In this document: positions 55,702 through 64,000 of the stretch, in pieces
Position numbering within the stretch: the first letter of the stretch is position 1
Layout of the letters: every line of letters begins with the position of its first letter
From: an uncultured archaeon
GTDB lineage: Archaea; Aenigmatarchaeota; Aenigmatarchaeia; PWEA01; JAGHBM01
Length of the DNA: 64,000 bases
Direction: 5' to 3'
Assembly: GCA_964584335.1 (NCBI GenBank)
Contig: CAZOZN010000004.1
Span: forward strand, 37,248-101,247
Notes under the pieces: model-generated
What the model was told of the DNA's origin: nothing
What the model saw: only the letters and a program-made list of their open reading frames with translations
The model's database searches: none
Position numbers and translations under genes: made by a program

Positions 55702-57565
55702 TTTCTTGGCCTGCCTTTTTTAAAGATGAAATAAAATTTAGCTTTTTCTTATCTTCTCTGTAACCTTTTCTTTTCATATATTCTTTTAGGTTCAAAGACA
55801 AAGATATTATTTTACCTTCTGATTCTAAGACAAGTTTTTTTGATTTTAATTCTTTTATTATTTTTATTATTTCTGATTTATCCTTTTTCATAAATATAAA
55901 TATTTCTTCAATTTTTTTTGCTGTATCGCATAAATTATATAGTTTACTTTCATCTTCATCAAGAATATATTCTACTTCACCATCTAAGGTTCTTCTTATT
56001 ATTTTTAATCCTTCTTTGTAGTTAAAATGGTATAAAATAGGTAGCCTTGATTTTTTTTTCAGTTCGAAATATTCTTTTCTCCATTCCAACATCTTTATTT
56101 TAAATTCTTCTGCAATATTTTTTTGTTCTTTATTCAATTTTTTGTATTTGAAGTTAAATAATTTTAACATATCTTCCGGGAAAAATTCTTTGTAAATATC
56201 CCAATCATAGTCTACTTTTATGGAGTGTTTTTCTGGGTTTTTGTATATTTCACTTCCATAATAAATCTCAAGATTGTTTATTTTTGGGGGTGAGAAATTT
56301 TTGAGCAATTCTGCATTTTTTATGTTTTCATTTATTTCCTCTTTGGTTGCTGGATAGTCATGAATTATACAATATTGATAAAAAATTCCGTACAATTCAC
56401 ATAATTTTATTGTTTGCACATGGTCCATTAGTTTCGTTATTTTATTCATATTTTTTAGTGTTCTATTGTTTAGTGATTCAACTCCAAAAGAAAATTCCAT
56501 TTTTTTGTTCCACATTTTTTCTATGCTAGATGGTTTTAATTTTGTATTAGTGCTTAGATATGAAAATTTAATATCTTTACTTAGTTTTTCTTTTAATTTC
56601 GACATTTCAGTTAAATTATTTTCTAATATTGTATTGTCACAAAATATGAAATTATTAACTTTGTATTTTTTGTTCTGGTAATCTATTTCTTTTATAACGT
56701 TCTTTATTTTTTTAGTTCTGTATGTTCCTTTATTCCAGCATCTGTTTAATGCGCAAAAATAACAATTATAAGGACAGCCTCTTGACGTTTCTACAGATAT
56801 TTTTACGATATCTTTTTTAATATTTGTTTTATTTAGTTGTTCAAAGTAATCAGAGTAATCTGGAATTTCAAGTTCTTCCATGTCTTTTATTTGGTTATAT
56901 CCCGGGTTTGATATTAATTTATCTCCTTCCCTGAATGATATCCCGGGTAGATTTTTAAAATTTTCATTTTTTTCAATTTTAGATTTTATTATATTGTATA
57001 AATTTAGTTCCCCTTCACCCGAGACTACAATATCTATCTCTTTGTTTTTTTTCATAAGTGGTATTGCCATTTCAGGAGTTGAGTAGTAACCTCCTAAAAT
57101 TGTTTTGATTTTTGGGTTTTCTTTTTTTACTTCTTTTATATTAAATATGGAAGACAATAGTTGGTTGTATGTCGTGGTAAAACCAACGAAATCGTATTCA
57201 GACCATTTTATTTTTTTAATTATGTTTAAATTCCAAATTTTTAGCTTATTTACAAAAGAGTAAAATATTTCTTCTGATTTGAAAATATTTTCAATAATAT
57301 TTTTAGTATTTTTAGATAGTTTCGTGTTTTTGTATAAGATTCTTGAGTATATTATTTCAGGGAAGTTTGAAAGAGTATATAGTATTTTTCCGTAAAAGTC
57401 AGGATTCATGTTTTTTATAATTTCTAAGTTTAAGTAGAATATGTCTATACTTGCTCTCTTTTCTCTTTTTTGTACAAATGATTTTAGGCTACTCAGAGCA
57501 ATAGAAGGGGCTGTGAAGTAGTCCCAGGGAAGAGATACTAATGCTGCTTTGCATTTTTTTTTCAT
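55694..57565 (-). CDS. B12-binding radical SAM protein (RiPP C-methyltransferase-like)
   Basis: PW...PSIAL..LK, ILGG, GEGE, ETSRGCPYNCYFC and FGVES motifs. The C-terminal domain is winged-helix/RRE-like. Confidence 0.88.
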   Translation of the reverse strand: MKKKCKAALVSLPWDYFTAPSIALSSLKSFVQKREKRASIDIFYLNLEIIKNMNPDFYGKILYTLSNFPEIIYSRILYKNTKLSKNTKNIIENIFKSEEIFYSFVNKLKIWNLNIIKKIKWSEYDFVGFTTTYNQLLSSIFNIKEVKKENPKIKTILGGYYSTPEMAIPLMKKNKEIDIVVSGEGELNLYNIIKSKIEKNENFKNLPGISFREGDKLISNPGYNQIKDMEELEIPDYSDYFEQLNKTNIKKDIVKISVETSRGCPYNCYFCALNRCWNKGTYRTKKIKNVIKEIDYQNKKYKVNNFIFCDNTILENNLTEMSKLKEKLSKDIKFSYLSTNTKLKPSSIEKMWNKKMEFSFGVESLNNRTLKNMNKITKLMDHVQTIKLCELYGIFYQYCIIHDYPATKEEINENIKNAELLKNFSPPKINNLEIYYGSEIYKNPEKHSIKVDYDWDIYKEFFPEDMLKLFNFKYKKLNKEQKNIAEEFKIKMLEWRKEYFELKKKSRLPILYHFNYKEGLKIIRRTLDGEVEYILDEDESKLYNLCDTAKKIEEIFIFMKKDKSEIIKIIKELKSKKLVLESEGKIISLSLNLKEYMKRKGYREDKKKLNFISSLKKAGQETK

Positions 57566-57614
57566 AAACAAGTTTAAATTTTTAAAGTATATTAATAGTA
57601 GTGCCGGTGATTGT

Positions 57615-58679
57615 TTGGTTGTACATAATCCAAATTTATTGAATTCTTTTGGCTTGCAGTGGCATATTACAGTAAAGTGTGACCAGGACTGTAAGCATTG
57701 TTACATGAAAGACGAAAAGTTCTATAAAAATCAGCTTAAAAATCCATTAAGCTATGATGATTGTGTAAATATTATAGACGATTATATTAATTTTACGAAT
57801 GAGTGGGGTCTAGAACCTTTTATATTTTTTACTGGAGGAGACCCCCTTCTAAGAGATGATTTTTTTGATATTCTAAAATACTGCAAAAATAATGGTGTAA
57901 AAACTTGTATTTTAGGAAATCCTTTTCATTTAGATAAAGATGTTGCCAATCAATTAGAAGAGCTTGGAGTTTTTGCATATCAATTAAGCATAGATGGGAT
58001 GGAGAAAACACACGACGGGCTTAGAAGTAAGGGAAGTTTTAGAGAAACCTTAAGGGCTTTGGATGTTTTAAAAAAGACAGACATTAAGACTTATGTTATG
58101 TTTACCATAAGCAAAAAAAACGAGTCAGAATTGCTTAAAGTAATAGATTTGGTTGCAGAAAGAAAAGTTGATGCCTTTGCCTTCACTCGTCTAGTACCGG
58201 TTGGTTCTGGAAAAAATCTAAAGAAATATTTGTTTAGCGCTGAAGAATACAGGTCTGTATTAATTAAGGCATTTGAAAGATTTTTATTTCATAAACAAAA
58301 AGGCTGCTCTACAAGGTTTGCTAGAAAAGACTGTGACCCATGGTTGCTTCTCGAGAGAGACTTGGGACTCATAACACCAAACTATTTTGATAAGTGTACT
58401 GAGGCAGGTTTCTTAAGGTGTCCTATAGGAAAAAGTGTTGCTATTTTAGCGGACGGAACGGTTCTTGCTTGTAGGAAACTTCCTGTTAAAATAGGAAAAT
58501 TACCTAATGATAGTATTAAAGACATTGTAGAATCAAATGGGCTGAAGGATATTATTAGTTTCAGGTGTATTGAGAAGTGTGGTAGTTGTAAGCTTAAGGA
58601 TTTTTGTATAGGTTGTGCGGCAATGTCTTATTCATTTTTTGGTGACATAAGAAAGCCTGATATAAATTGTTGGTGTTAA
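57615..58679 (+). CDS. Radical SAM/SPASM domain protein
   Basis: QWHIT..CDQDCKHC, TGGDP and C-terminal C..C.....C.GC.A. TTG start after SD GGTGA. Confidence 0.9.
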   Translation: MVVHNPNLLNSFGLQWHITVKCDQDCKHCYMKDEKFYKNQLKNPLSYDDCVNIIDDYINFTNEWGLEPFIFFTGGDPLLRDDFFDILKYCKNNGVKTCILGNPFHLDKDVANQLEELGVFAYQLSIDGMEKTHDGLRSKGSFRETLRALDVLKKTDIKTYVMFTISKKNESELLKVIDLVAERKVDAFAFTRLVPVGSGKNLKKYLFSAEEYRSVLIKAFERFLFHKQKGCSTRFARKDCDPWLLLERDLGLITPNYFDKCTEAGFLRCPIGKSVAILADGTVLACRKLPVKIGKLPNDSIKDIVESNGLKDIISFRCIEKCGSCKLKDFCIGCAAMSYSFFGDIRKPDINCWC

Positions 58680-58682
58680 AAA

Positions 58683-59873
58683 ATGAAGATTTGTATTATA
58701 AGCAAATACCCTCCCATAGAAGGTGGAGTGTCTTCACACAGTTACTGGTTTGCAAAAGCTCTTGGTGAAAGAGGTCATAAAGTTTTTTTTATAACCAATG
58801 CTTTATGTGTTGAGCAGGAATATAGGGAATTTTTAGAAGGAAATGATTTGAAATTTTACCAGCCTAAAAATGTCAAAGTCTTTAATTTAGATCCATTTTC
58901 AGATCCTTTTCATATACCAAAATCTAAAAATTATTCGGCGAGTATGACCAATATGGCTGTTGAGGCTATAGAAAAATATAACGTAGACTTGATAGATTCG
59001 TATTATCTTTTACCTTATGGTTTTTCTGCATCTGTATCATCGTTTTTTACAAAAAAACCTTATATGGTTAGGCATGCCGGAAGCGATATAACAAGGCTTT
59101 TTGATTCACCTTATTTAAATGAAGTTTTAAAGAAAGTTATTTTAAATTCTGAAAGGCTAATTACAATACCGCAAATGTTTCAAAAATTTAAGGATATTGG
59201 TGTTAAAGAACAAAAAATATCATTTATAAATAATAATTCAATAGATTGCAATACTTTTAGTCCTTCCAAATCTGGAAGTTTGGAAGAATATGGTTTAAAA
59301 GATTTTTCTTTTCTTATTACTTTTTTAGGTAAACCAAGCGAGTACAGTGGTATTTTTAACCTTTTGAGAGTTTGTAAGAAAGTTAGAGGTGATTTCAAGG
59401 TTTTTTTGGTTATAGGAAATAAAGGAAAAATGGTTGAAAAAGTTAAAAATGAGATAATTAAATTTGGTTTAGAGAACAAAACTTTAATATCAGATTTTTT
59501 GCCTCCATGGAAAATACCAAAAATAATTGCTAGTTCTGATATTGTTGTAAAACTCGAGAATAACTTTCCTGTTAAAATACACGATTCAATTCTACTCAAG
59601 GAAATTATGGCTAGCGGTACTTGTCCTTTTATAAGCAGAGAAATATTTGAAAAAAATTCTTGTATGGATATAGAAGATGGTAAGGATGTTATTGTTGTTG
59701 ATATAGAAGACGATAATTCGTTTTCGATGAAAATAGACGAAATTATAAAAAGACCCGAAATTGCAGACAAAATAGGAAAAAACTCAAGAGAAAAAATAGA
59801 GAAAATAAGCAATTTCGATGGTTATATCGATGAAAATTTATCTTTTTATAAGAAAATTTTAGAAAAATTATAA
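58683..59873 (+). CDS. GT-B (GT4-like) glycosyltransferase
   Basis: KYPP..GGVS, L.ERGH.V, HAGSD and E.MASG motifs. Confidence 0.85.
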   Translation: MKICIISKYPPIEGGVSSHSYWFAKALGERGHKVFFITNALCVEQEYREFLEGNDLKFYQPKNVKVFNLDPFSDPFHIPKSKNYSASMTNMAVEAIEKYNVDLIDSYYLLPYGFSASVSSFFTKKPYMVRHAGSDITRLFDSPYLNEVLKKVILNSERLITIPQMFQKFKDIGVKEQKISFINNNSIDCNTFSPSKSGSLEEYGLKDFSFLITFLGKPSEYSGIFNLLRVCKKVRGDFKVFLVIGNKGKMVEKVKNEIIKFGLENKTLISDFLPPWKIPKIIASSDIVVKLENNFPVKIHDSILLKEIMASGTCPFISREIFEKNSCMDIEDGKDVIVVDIEDDNSFSMKIDEIIKRPEIADKIGKNSREKIEKISNFDGYIDENLSFYKKILEKL

Positions 59874-59884
59874 AATTTGATATT

Positions 59885-60757
59885 ATGTTAAATAAAGTTG
59901 AGATCGTTTTGGGTTTTTCTTGTAATAATAGATGTAGATTTTGCTCTATAGGAGGAAGAAAATATGATAAAGATACTAAAAAAATAAAGAAGGATATAGA
60001 AAGAGCTTCTAGAGAAGACACAAAAGAAATAAATTTTACAGGCGGTGAACCAACCATAAGAAAAGATATTGTAGATTTGGTTGAATATGCAAATAAAAAA
60101 TTCGATAAAGTCGGTGTTACCACTAACGGTAGAATGTTTTCAAATGAAAAATTTACGAAAAGTATTACGGATGCTGGGTTAAACACTGCTATTTTTTCTA
60201 TACATTCTATTAATCCAAAAATACACGATTTTTTAACAATGGTTAACGGGAGCTTCTTTCAAACCATAAAAGGCCTAAAAAATTTAAATAAAATAATTGA
60301 TAATATAGACGTAAACTTAGTTATAAACAGCTTGAATTATAGGAATTTACCTAGTTTTACATTCAAAATATTTAGTGATTATAAAGTCAGGTCAATATGT
60401 TTTATTTATCCGGATATAGATGGTAATATTATGGATAATTTATGGCTTTTGCCTAGGTTTGGAGATGTAAAGTATTTCTTGCATAAGTCTTTGGATATTG
60501 TCAGAAAAAATAATAAGGATGCTTGGTGCATGAATATACCTGTTTGTTTTTTTAAAGGATATGAAGAATATAGCCCATTAAGAGAGATGAATACTAAAAT
60601 GTTTTGGCCTGAAAAAGACACGAACTTGGACTCAAAAAAAAGAAATAATAAGGTAAGGATAGAAGCATGTTTAAATTGTAAGTACAAAGATAAATGTTCT
60701 GGTATATCTTGTGACTATATAAAATTGAAAGGCAAAAAAGGTATAATTCCTTTGTAG
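59885..60757 (+). CDS. Radical SAM protein (HxsC-like)
   Basis: CNNRCRFC, FTGGEPT, TTNG, N.P.C and C-terminal C..C.....C.G motifs. Confidence 0.88.
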   Translation: MLNKVEIVLGFSCNNRCRFCSIGGRKYDKDTKKIKKDIERASREDTKEINFTGGEPTIRKDIVDLVEYANKKFDKVGVTTNGRMFSNEKFTKSITDAGLNTAIFSIHSINPKIHDFLTMVNGSFFQTIKGLKNLNKIIDNIDVNLVINSLNYRNLPSFTFKIFSDYKVRSICFIYPDIDGNIMDNLWLLPRFGDVKYFLHKSLDIVRKNNKDAWCMNIPVCFFKGYEEYSPLREMNTKMFWPEKDTNLDSKKRNNKVRIEACLNCKYKDKCSGISCDYIKLKGKKGIIPL

Positions 60758-60765
60758 GTTTTTTT

Positions 60766-61731
60766 ATGATAGACGAAAATAAAATAAGTCAAAGCAACAA
60801 GTACGAGATTTTTTTGAACTTGGAATGTAATGCTAGATGTATTTTTTGCTCTATAGGTCATATGTTCGGAAAGAAGAAAAAAGTAAAGAATAGGCAAGAC
60901 ATAATGAAAGAAATTAAGGTAGCAAAAGACAATGGAATAATTGCAATTTCTTTTTCTGGCGGAGAACCCACGATCAGGAAGGATTTGGTTGAATTTGTTA
61001 GATATTCAAAAGATTTGGGATTTAAAATTATAGAAATACAGAGCAACGGCATAATGTATTCTTATGAGGATTATGTTGACAACTTGCTTGAAGCAGGTGC
61101 AAACAGGTTTATGGTTTCTGTTCATGGTTCAAATGAAAAAACTCACGATTTTCTAACTAGGGTTAATGGTTCTTTTAGAAGAACAGTTAAAGGTATAGAA
61201 AATTTAAGCGATAGGAACGTTGATTTGAGGTTTAGCATAGTTTTAAACAGGTACAATTACAGAGAGCTTTATGATTGGACAAAAAAATTTATGAAGTATG
61301 AAGGATTCAGTTATCATATAAACTATGTAACTCCTATAGGTTTTGCAAAGAATTCTTTCAAGAAGTTATCTCCCAGAATAAGCGTAGTGGTTCCTCATGC
61401 TAAGAAATCTGCCAATCTTTTACTTGATTCTGGTTTAGGACCCTGGATACACAATATTTACCCATGTAATATGCCCGGTTATGAGAGAATGATGTCAGAG
61501 CTTATGGAGAAAAAAACTATAATATCTGGACCCGATTTTAAGTCTTGTATAGATGACAGTAAAATGGATGGAAGACGTAAGATAGATTCCTGTGAAAAGT
61601 GTAAGTTTAGTCTTTTGTGTACCGGACCCTATAAAAAATATTTAGATTTTTACGGAGATGAGGAGTTCAATCCTATCAAGGGTGAAAAAGTTAGAGCTAT
61701 AAATTTTCAGAAATACGGTAAACTTAGATAA
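60766..61731 (+). CDS. Radical SAM protein (HxsC-like paralog)
   Basis: CNARCIFC, FSGGEPT, QSNG and C..C.....C.G....Y...YG..E motifs. Confidence 0.88.
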   Translation: MIDENKISQSNKYEIFLNLECNARCIFCSIGHMFGKKKKVKNRQDIMKEIKVAKDNGIIAISFSGGEPTIRKDLVEFVRYSKDLGFKIIEIQSNGIMYSYEDYVDNLLEAGANRFMVSVHGSNEKTHDFLTRVNGSFRRTVKGIENLSDRNVDLRFSIVLNRYNYRELYDWTKKFMKYEGFSYHINYVTPIGFAKNSFKKLSPRISVVVPHAKKSANLLLDSGLGPWIHNIYPCNMPGYERMMSELMEKKTIISGPDFKSCIDDSKMDGRRKIDSCEKCKFSLLCTGPYKKYLDFYGDEEFNPIKGEKVRAINFQKYGKLR

Positions 61732-63202
61732 AGTCGTTTGATTTTAGTACTTTTCTTCTTGATATTGGCGGGAATTTAAACCAGTCAAGAAAAACTTCCC
61801 TATCTTTTTCTTCAAAAAGTATTTTTTTAAAAATAATTTTTATAATTTCTTTGTATATTTCGCACCTAAAATCGTTTGCCATCTTTGGAACTATATTTCC
61901 CTGTGTCACGTAGAAATGTATTGGGCATACGGCACAATAGGGAGAAAAAACACATTTGTCACATATTAGAGGAAGTTTTGAAGATATATTCATCATAGAA
62001 GCAACGGTTGGATGTTTTAAAACTTCTACTATATTATTTTTGTTTACGTTACCTATTTTAAAATCCTCACCAAATATCTTGGCTTCATCACAAGTAAATA
62101 TATCTCCTTTGTAATCGTATAGAAGCTGACCTATACCTGCACCGCAGGGAGAAATCATATCAACGTTTGAAACTGGTTCCCTATTGAGTATTTTCTGTGA
62201 AAATGTCATAGAATAGACTTCTATTATTCTTTTGTTGTATTTGTTCATTTCTATTATTTCATTTAAGAATTTTTTATAAAATTCTATATATTCTTTTGGT
62301 GTGTATCCTATTTTTTTCCAAACAGAATGGGCAAAACCAAGATTATTCAGTACTCTTGGCCATACAGTCCTAAAACCCAATTTATAATATTCTTCTATTA
62401 TTTCTTTGTGATATGGTAGAGAATTTTTTGTTATTGTACACAACCCTCCCAAATTGAAATATTTACCGAATGATTTGTTTATTTTTTCAATCCAGTAGGC
62501 CACATCATCGTAGCTTCCATTGTTTTTAATATATTTTCTGTTTTTGTCATGAACTTCTTTGGGTCCGTCCAGCGATGTTGCAATCCCTACTATATGATGA
62601 TTCTTTAGAAAAGATATAATCTCTTCATTCATTAAGGTCATGTTTGTAACTAGAGTAAATGATATTTTTTTATTTTTTTCTTTCGCCTTTTTTTCTGCAT
62701 ATTCTATAATGAATTTCGTCGTATCAAAATTTAAAAGACATTCTCCTCCCTGAAATTCTATTGTTGGGTTCTTTGATGGTGAATTTATTATAAAATCCAC
62801 AACAGATTTTGCTGTATCTTTATCCATATCAAATTTTTTAATTTCAGGATTTTTGGGATTAGAATGACAATATATACAATTTAGGTTACATCTCAATGTT
62901 GGTGTTATTATATGTAAATCAGGGTATTTGAACAAGAAAGATTTTCTTTTTCTATAATTTTCGGCTGTTTTCTCAAAACTTTCTCTTGTTATTACTATGT
63001 CTTTGCTTTTTAATTCGTTAAATAACTGTGGTTTTTCATGCACCCTTTTAGCTCTAAGATAACTAAATTCCTTGTCATCCAATAAAACCCACGAACCAGT
63101 TTCTGTTGTTATCAGATTTTTGTCTTTCCCAAAAGAATGACTTCTGTAAAAATTTATTACATAATCTTTATCAATTGTTTGTGGGAATATGCTAAATGAC
63201 AT
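61724..63202 (-). CDS. hxsB: His-Xaa-Ser system radical SAM maturase HxsB
   Basis: LHII.PTLRCNLNCIYC, IEFQGGE, SLDGP...HD.NR, SPCGAGIGQL.Y and TCDE motifs, plus SPASM cysteines. Confidence 0.92.
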   Translation of the reverse strand: MSFSIFPQTIDKDYVINFYRSHSFGKDKNLITTETGSWVLLDDKEFSYLRAKRVHEKPQLFNELKSKDIVITRESFEKTAENYRKRKSFLFKYPDLHIITPTLRCNLNCIYCHSNPKNPEIKKFDMDKDTAKSVVDFIINSPSKNPTIEFQGGECLLNFDTTKFIIEYAEKKAKEKNKKISFTLVTNMTLMNEEIISFLKNHHIVGIATSLDGPKEVHDKNRKYIKNNGSYDDVAYWIEKINKSFGKYFNLGGLCTITKNSLPYHKEIIEEYYKLGFRTVWPRVLNNLGFAHSVWKKIGYTPKEYIEFYKKFLNEIIEMNKYNKRIIEVYSMTFSQKILNREPVSNVDMISPCGAGIGQLLYDYKGDIFTCDEAKIFGEDFKIGNVNKNNIVEVLKHPTVASMMNISSKLPLICDKCVFSPYCAVCPIHFYVTQGNIVPKMANDFRCEIYKEIIKIIFKKILFEEKDREVFLDWFKFPPISRRKVLKSNDFI

Positions 63203-63444
63203 TACGCAACAGACTCCTTTAATCTGGCAAACAAATGATTCATGAATTCGTATCCCAGCCTTTCTAAATCTAGTTCTTTTTTTGATATCAATATTAAATC
63301 AATTTCAGAATCATTTTTTTTAATCTCCCATTCACAAAGTTCTCTAAATTCTTCTAAAGTCTCTTCTATTATATCATGGCTATATATTTTCGGGTTGATG
63401 TTAATTTTGATTCTGTTTAGTGATTCGAGAATTTTTATCATCAA
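63202..63444 (-). CDS. HxsD-like small protein
   Basis: I.IN.KIY....I...EF.N.L pattern shared with the upstream HxsD. Confidence 0.7.
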   Translation of the reverse strand: MMIKILESLNRIKININPKIYSHDIIEETLEEFRELCEWEIKKNDSEIDLILISKKELDLERLGYEFMNHLFARLKESVA

Positions 63445-63875
63445 AATTCTTCCTCTAGTTCTTCAATACCTTCCGCCTTTTCAGGATTCCAGGGCTCTGC
63501 TATACCTTCAGGGTCCTTTATCCAAATATCTTCTTCTTCCTCATCATATTTTTCTTCAATTGTTCCTAGTGCTCTTTTTGTTATTGCTTCTCTTATCGCG
63601 CTTGTTCTTGCGGATTGGATTGCGTATACACTGTAGTTTATTAGCTCATTGTTGAAATCTCCTGCTATTTTCTCTAGGTCTGTTTTTTCGCTCTTTGATT
63701 TCATTTGAACAATTATCTCTTTTTCAGGCTCGCCGTCTACTATTATGTAAAAGTTTTCTAGAAACATGTACGCAGCAGAGTATATTATTTCGAGCGGGTA
63801 TAAGCTTGTTTTTATTTTTATTTTAATTATATTATTTTCCTTGTCTATTTCATAATTTTTTAATATCTCATCCAT
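63441..63875 (-). CDS. hxsD: His-Xaa-Ser system protein HxsD
   Basis: Y....I..AAY.F and F.NELI.Y......T..IRE.I...AL motifs. Located between the precursor and hxsB. Confidence 0.85.
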   Translation of the reverse strand: MDEILKNYEIDKENNIIKIKIKTSLYPLEIIYSAAYMFLENFYIIVDGEPEKEIIVQMKSKSEKTDLEKIAGDFNNELINYSVYAIQSARTSAIREAITKRALGTIEEKYDEEEEDIWIKDPEGIAEPWNPEKAEGIEELEEEF

Positions 63876-63920
63876 ACAAATCAGTCTATTATATGATATT
63901 TAAACTATTTAAAATTAAGA

Positions 63921-64000
63921 TTAAGGTGATATAGCACACATAGAGGAATGACTCGAATGACTCGAGTGACTGGCATGACTCGAATGACTCGAGTGACTGG
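63921..64000 (-). CDS. hxsA: His-Xaa-Ser repeat precursor HxsA, C-terminal end (truncated by window)
   Basis: Minus strand reads ...SHSSHSSHASHSSHSSHSSMCAISP-stop, encoded by a 9/27-nt periodic repeat. Confidence 0.88.
   Translation of the reverse strand, partial: SHSSHSSHASHSSHSSHSSMCAISP

Noticed and set aside
63948-64000. Short tandem repeat as a CRISPR array or VNTR
   Set aside because: The 9/27-nt period has no spacers and is explained by the His-Xaa-Ser coding repeat.

Overview
AT-rich archaeal chromosome segment, inferred to be DPANN and possibly Aenigmarchaeota-like. Archaeal markers include a 23S rRNA, RNase P RNA, GatDE, Sec61beta, archease/RtcB, class III pilins and eS26. In order it holds: an ABC-2 exporter; two small zinc-finger genes; a tRNA-Ala(UGC) split by three BHB introns; a stand-alone 23S rRNA gene; rnpB; a ~14.5 kb glycogen/glycolysis cluster; argS; isoprenoid genes; KaiC-like ATPases; trpS; rtcB/archease; eS26; a type IV pilus locus with eight pilins and a repeat adhesin; gatDE; and a His-Xaa-Ser (Hxs) RiPP-like cluster. 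The 23S gene carries two ORF-less BHB mini-introns and unusual peptidyl-transferase-centre substitutions. The Hxs cluster has five radical SAM enzymes, a glycosyltransferase, two HxsD-like proteins and the end of the HxsA precursor at the window edge. The strongest discoveries are four. (i) A C/D box guide RNA just upstream of the 23S processing stem targets the U2552 and 1920 equivalents of that same rRNA. (ii) A second C/D guide next to rtcB matches the genome-specific variant PTC sequence. (iii) Five BHB introns lie in stable RNAs. (iv) The archaeal Hxs system is expanded. All E. coli rRNA numbers come from by-eye motif alignment, and no searches were run.
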